A stretch of 24,700 nt of DNA from an uncultured Candidatus Peribacteria bacterium (GTDB lineage Bacteria; Patescibacteriota; Gracilibacteria; Peribacterales; Peribacteraceae), in the NCBI GenBank assembly GCA_964632925.1, contig CAZWCH010000002.1, forward strand, positions 1-24,700, given 5' to 3'. Each line of letters opens with the position of its first letter. Position 1 is the first letter of the stretch. The notes below the pieces were generated by a model. That model was given only the letters and a program-made list of their open reading frames with translations. It made no database searches and had not been told where the DNA came from. Shown piece after piece: positions 24,291-24,700 of the stretch. The position numbers and the translations under genes were made by a program.

Positions 24291-24700
24291 TTAGGGAGAG
24301 GAGGTTGCGAGTCCTACTTTCTGCATCACCTCTTGAAATAGGATGGGCAGGGGGGCCACCACCTCATGCTCTTTCTGATCCGCCGGCGATACGAACGACA
24401 ATTTCCATGCATGGAGGCAGGGCGACGGAATGCCGTGCCGTTCCCGCAAGCGGTCGCTCGCGGCATTGCGGTACGTCCGGTCGCCGAGAATAGGATGGCC
24501 GATGGCGGCCAAATGCACGCGAACCTGGTGCGTTCGGCCCGTCGCAAGATCGCACCGGAGAAGGGAACAGAGTTCCCCCCGTGAAAGGAGCTCGTAAGTG
24601 CTCCGAGCCTCCCGGCTCTTCCGGCCCCCCATGACCGTCATTTGCGTCGGACGCAGCGGGTGCCGCCCGATGGGCGCATCGATGATGGCGCGGGGATGCG
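24291..24700 (-). CDS. RluA-family (RluD-like) pseudouridine synthase, C-terminal part; gene starts beyond the window
   Basis: IDAPIGRHP...ARSTYE...DLATGRTHQVRVHLAAIGHPILGDRTY...LHAWKLSF. The frame is open to the window end. Confidence 0.92.
   Translation of the reverse strand, partial: HPRAIIDAPIGRHPLRPTQMTVMGGRKSREARSTYELLSRGELCSLLRCDLATGRTHQVRVHLAAIGHPILGDRTYRNAASDRLRERHGIPSPCLHAWKLSFVSPADQKEHEVVAPLPILFQEVMQKVGLATSSP

Noticed and set aside
1-24700. UGA-to-Gly recoding (code 25) as in Gracilibacteria
   Set aside because: glmS, prmC, mraY and the ATPase end at TGA at or near their expected C-termini, and conserved genes contain no internal TGA.
1-24700. CRISPR array, tRNA/rRNA, IS element, prophage or defence genes
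   Set aside because: No spaced direct-repeat array, cloverleaf, transposase, integrase or nuclease motif of these kinds was seen by eye.

Overview
A densely packed chromosomal segment of mostly housekeeping and cell-envelope genes. No phage, transposase, integrase, CRISPR array, tRNA or rRNA could be supported. Gene style suggests a CPR/Patescibacteria genome, most likely Peribacteria/Peregrinibacteria; this is inference from SLH/Calx-beta and FecR-Ig surface proteins, a TrbC/VirB2-like pilin, a sigma4-HTH protein and TGA used as stop. Gene order: partial helical-repeat protein, pilin, khpA, rpsP, SLH-Calx-beta protein, GT4, prmC, orphan, nadK, GT4, 4-TM protein plus small orphan, fbp, gap, mraY, dnaB, recA, lipoprotein, sigma4/winged-HTH protein, ruvX/yqgF, rpsT, glmS, PBP, GspE/PilB-type ATPase, FecR-Ig protein, partial RluA. 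The most striking signals are five. (1) Six genes have a -10 hexamer ending exactly 7 nt before the ATG and three more at 8-9 nt, predicting leaderless mRNAs, with no clear Shine-Dalgarno sites seen. (2) A 17-bp intergenic spacer is a symmetric bidirectional promoter between two predicted leaderless genes. (3) A GAPDH with the GapB-type NADP signature overlaps a class I FBPase. (4) Unrelated 7-nt-period microsatellites sit inside three coding sequences. (5) A protein has sigma70 region 4 but not region 2, fused to winged-HTH domains. Start codons were re-assigned by hand where the ORF track over-extends. All family calls come from motif recognition, not database searches.
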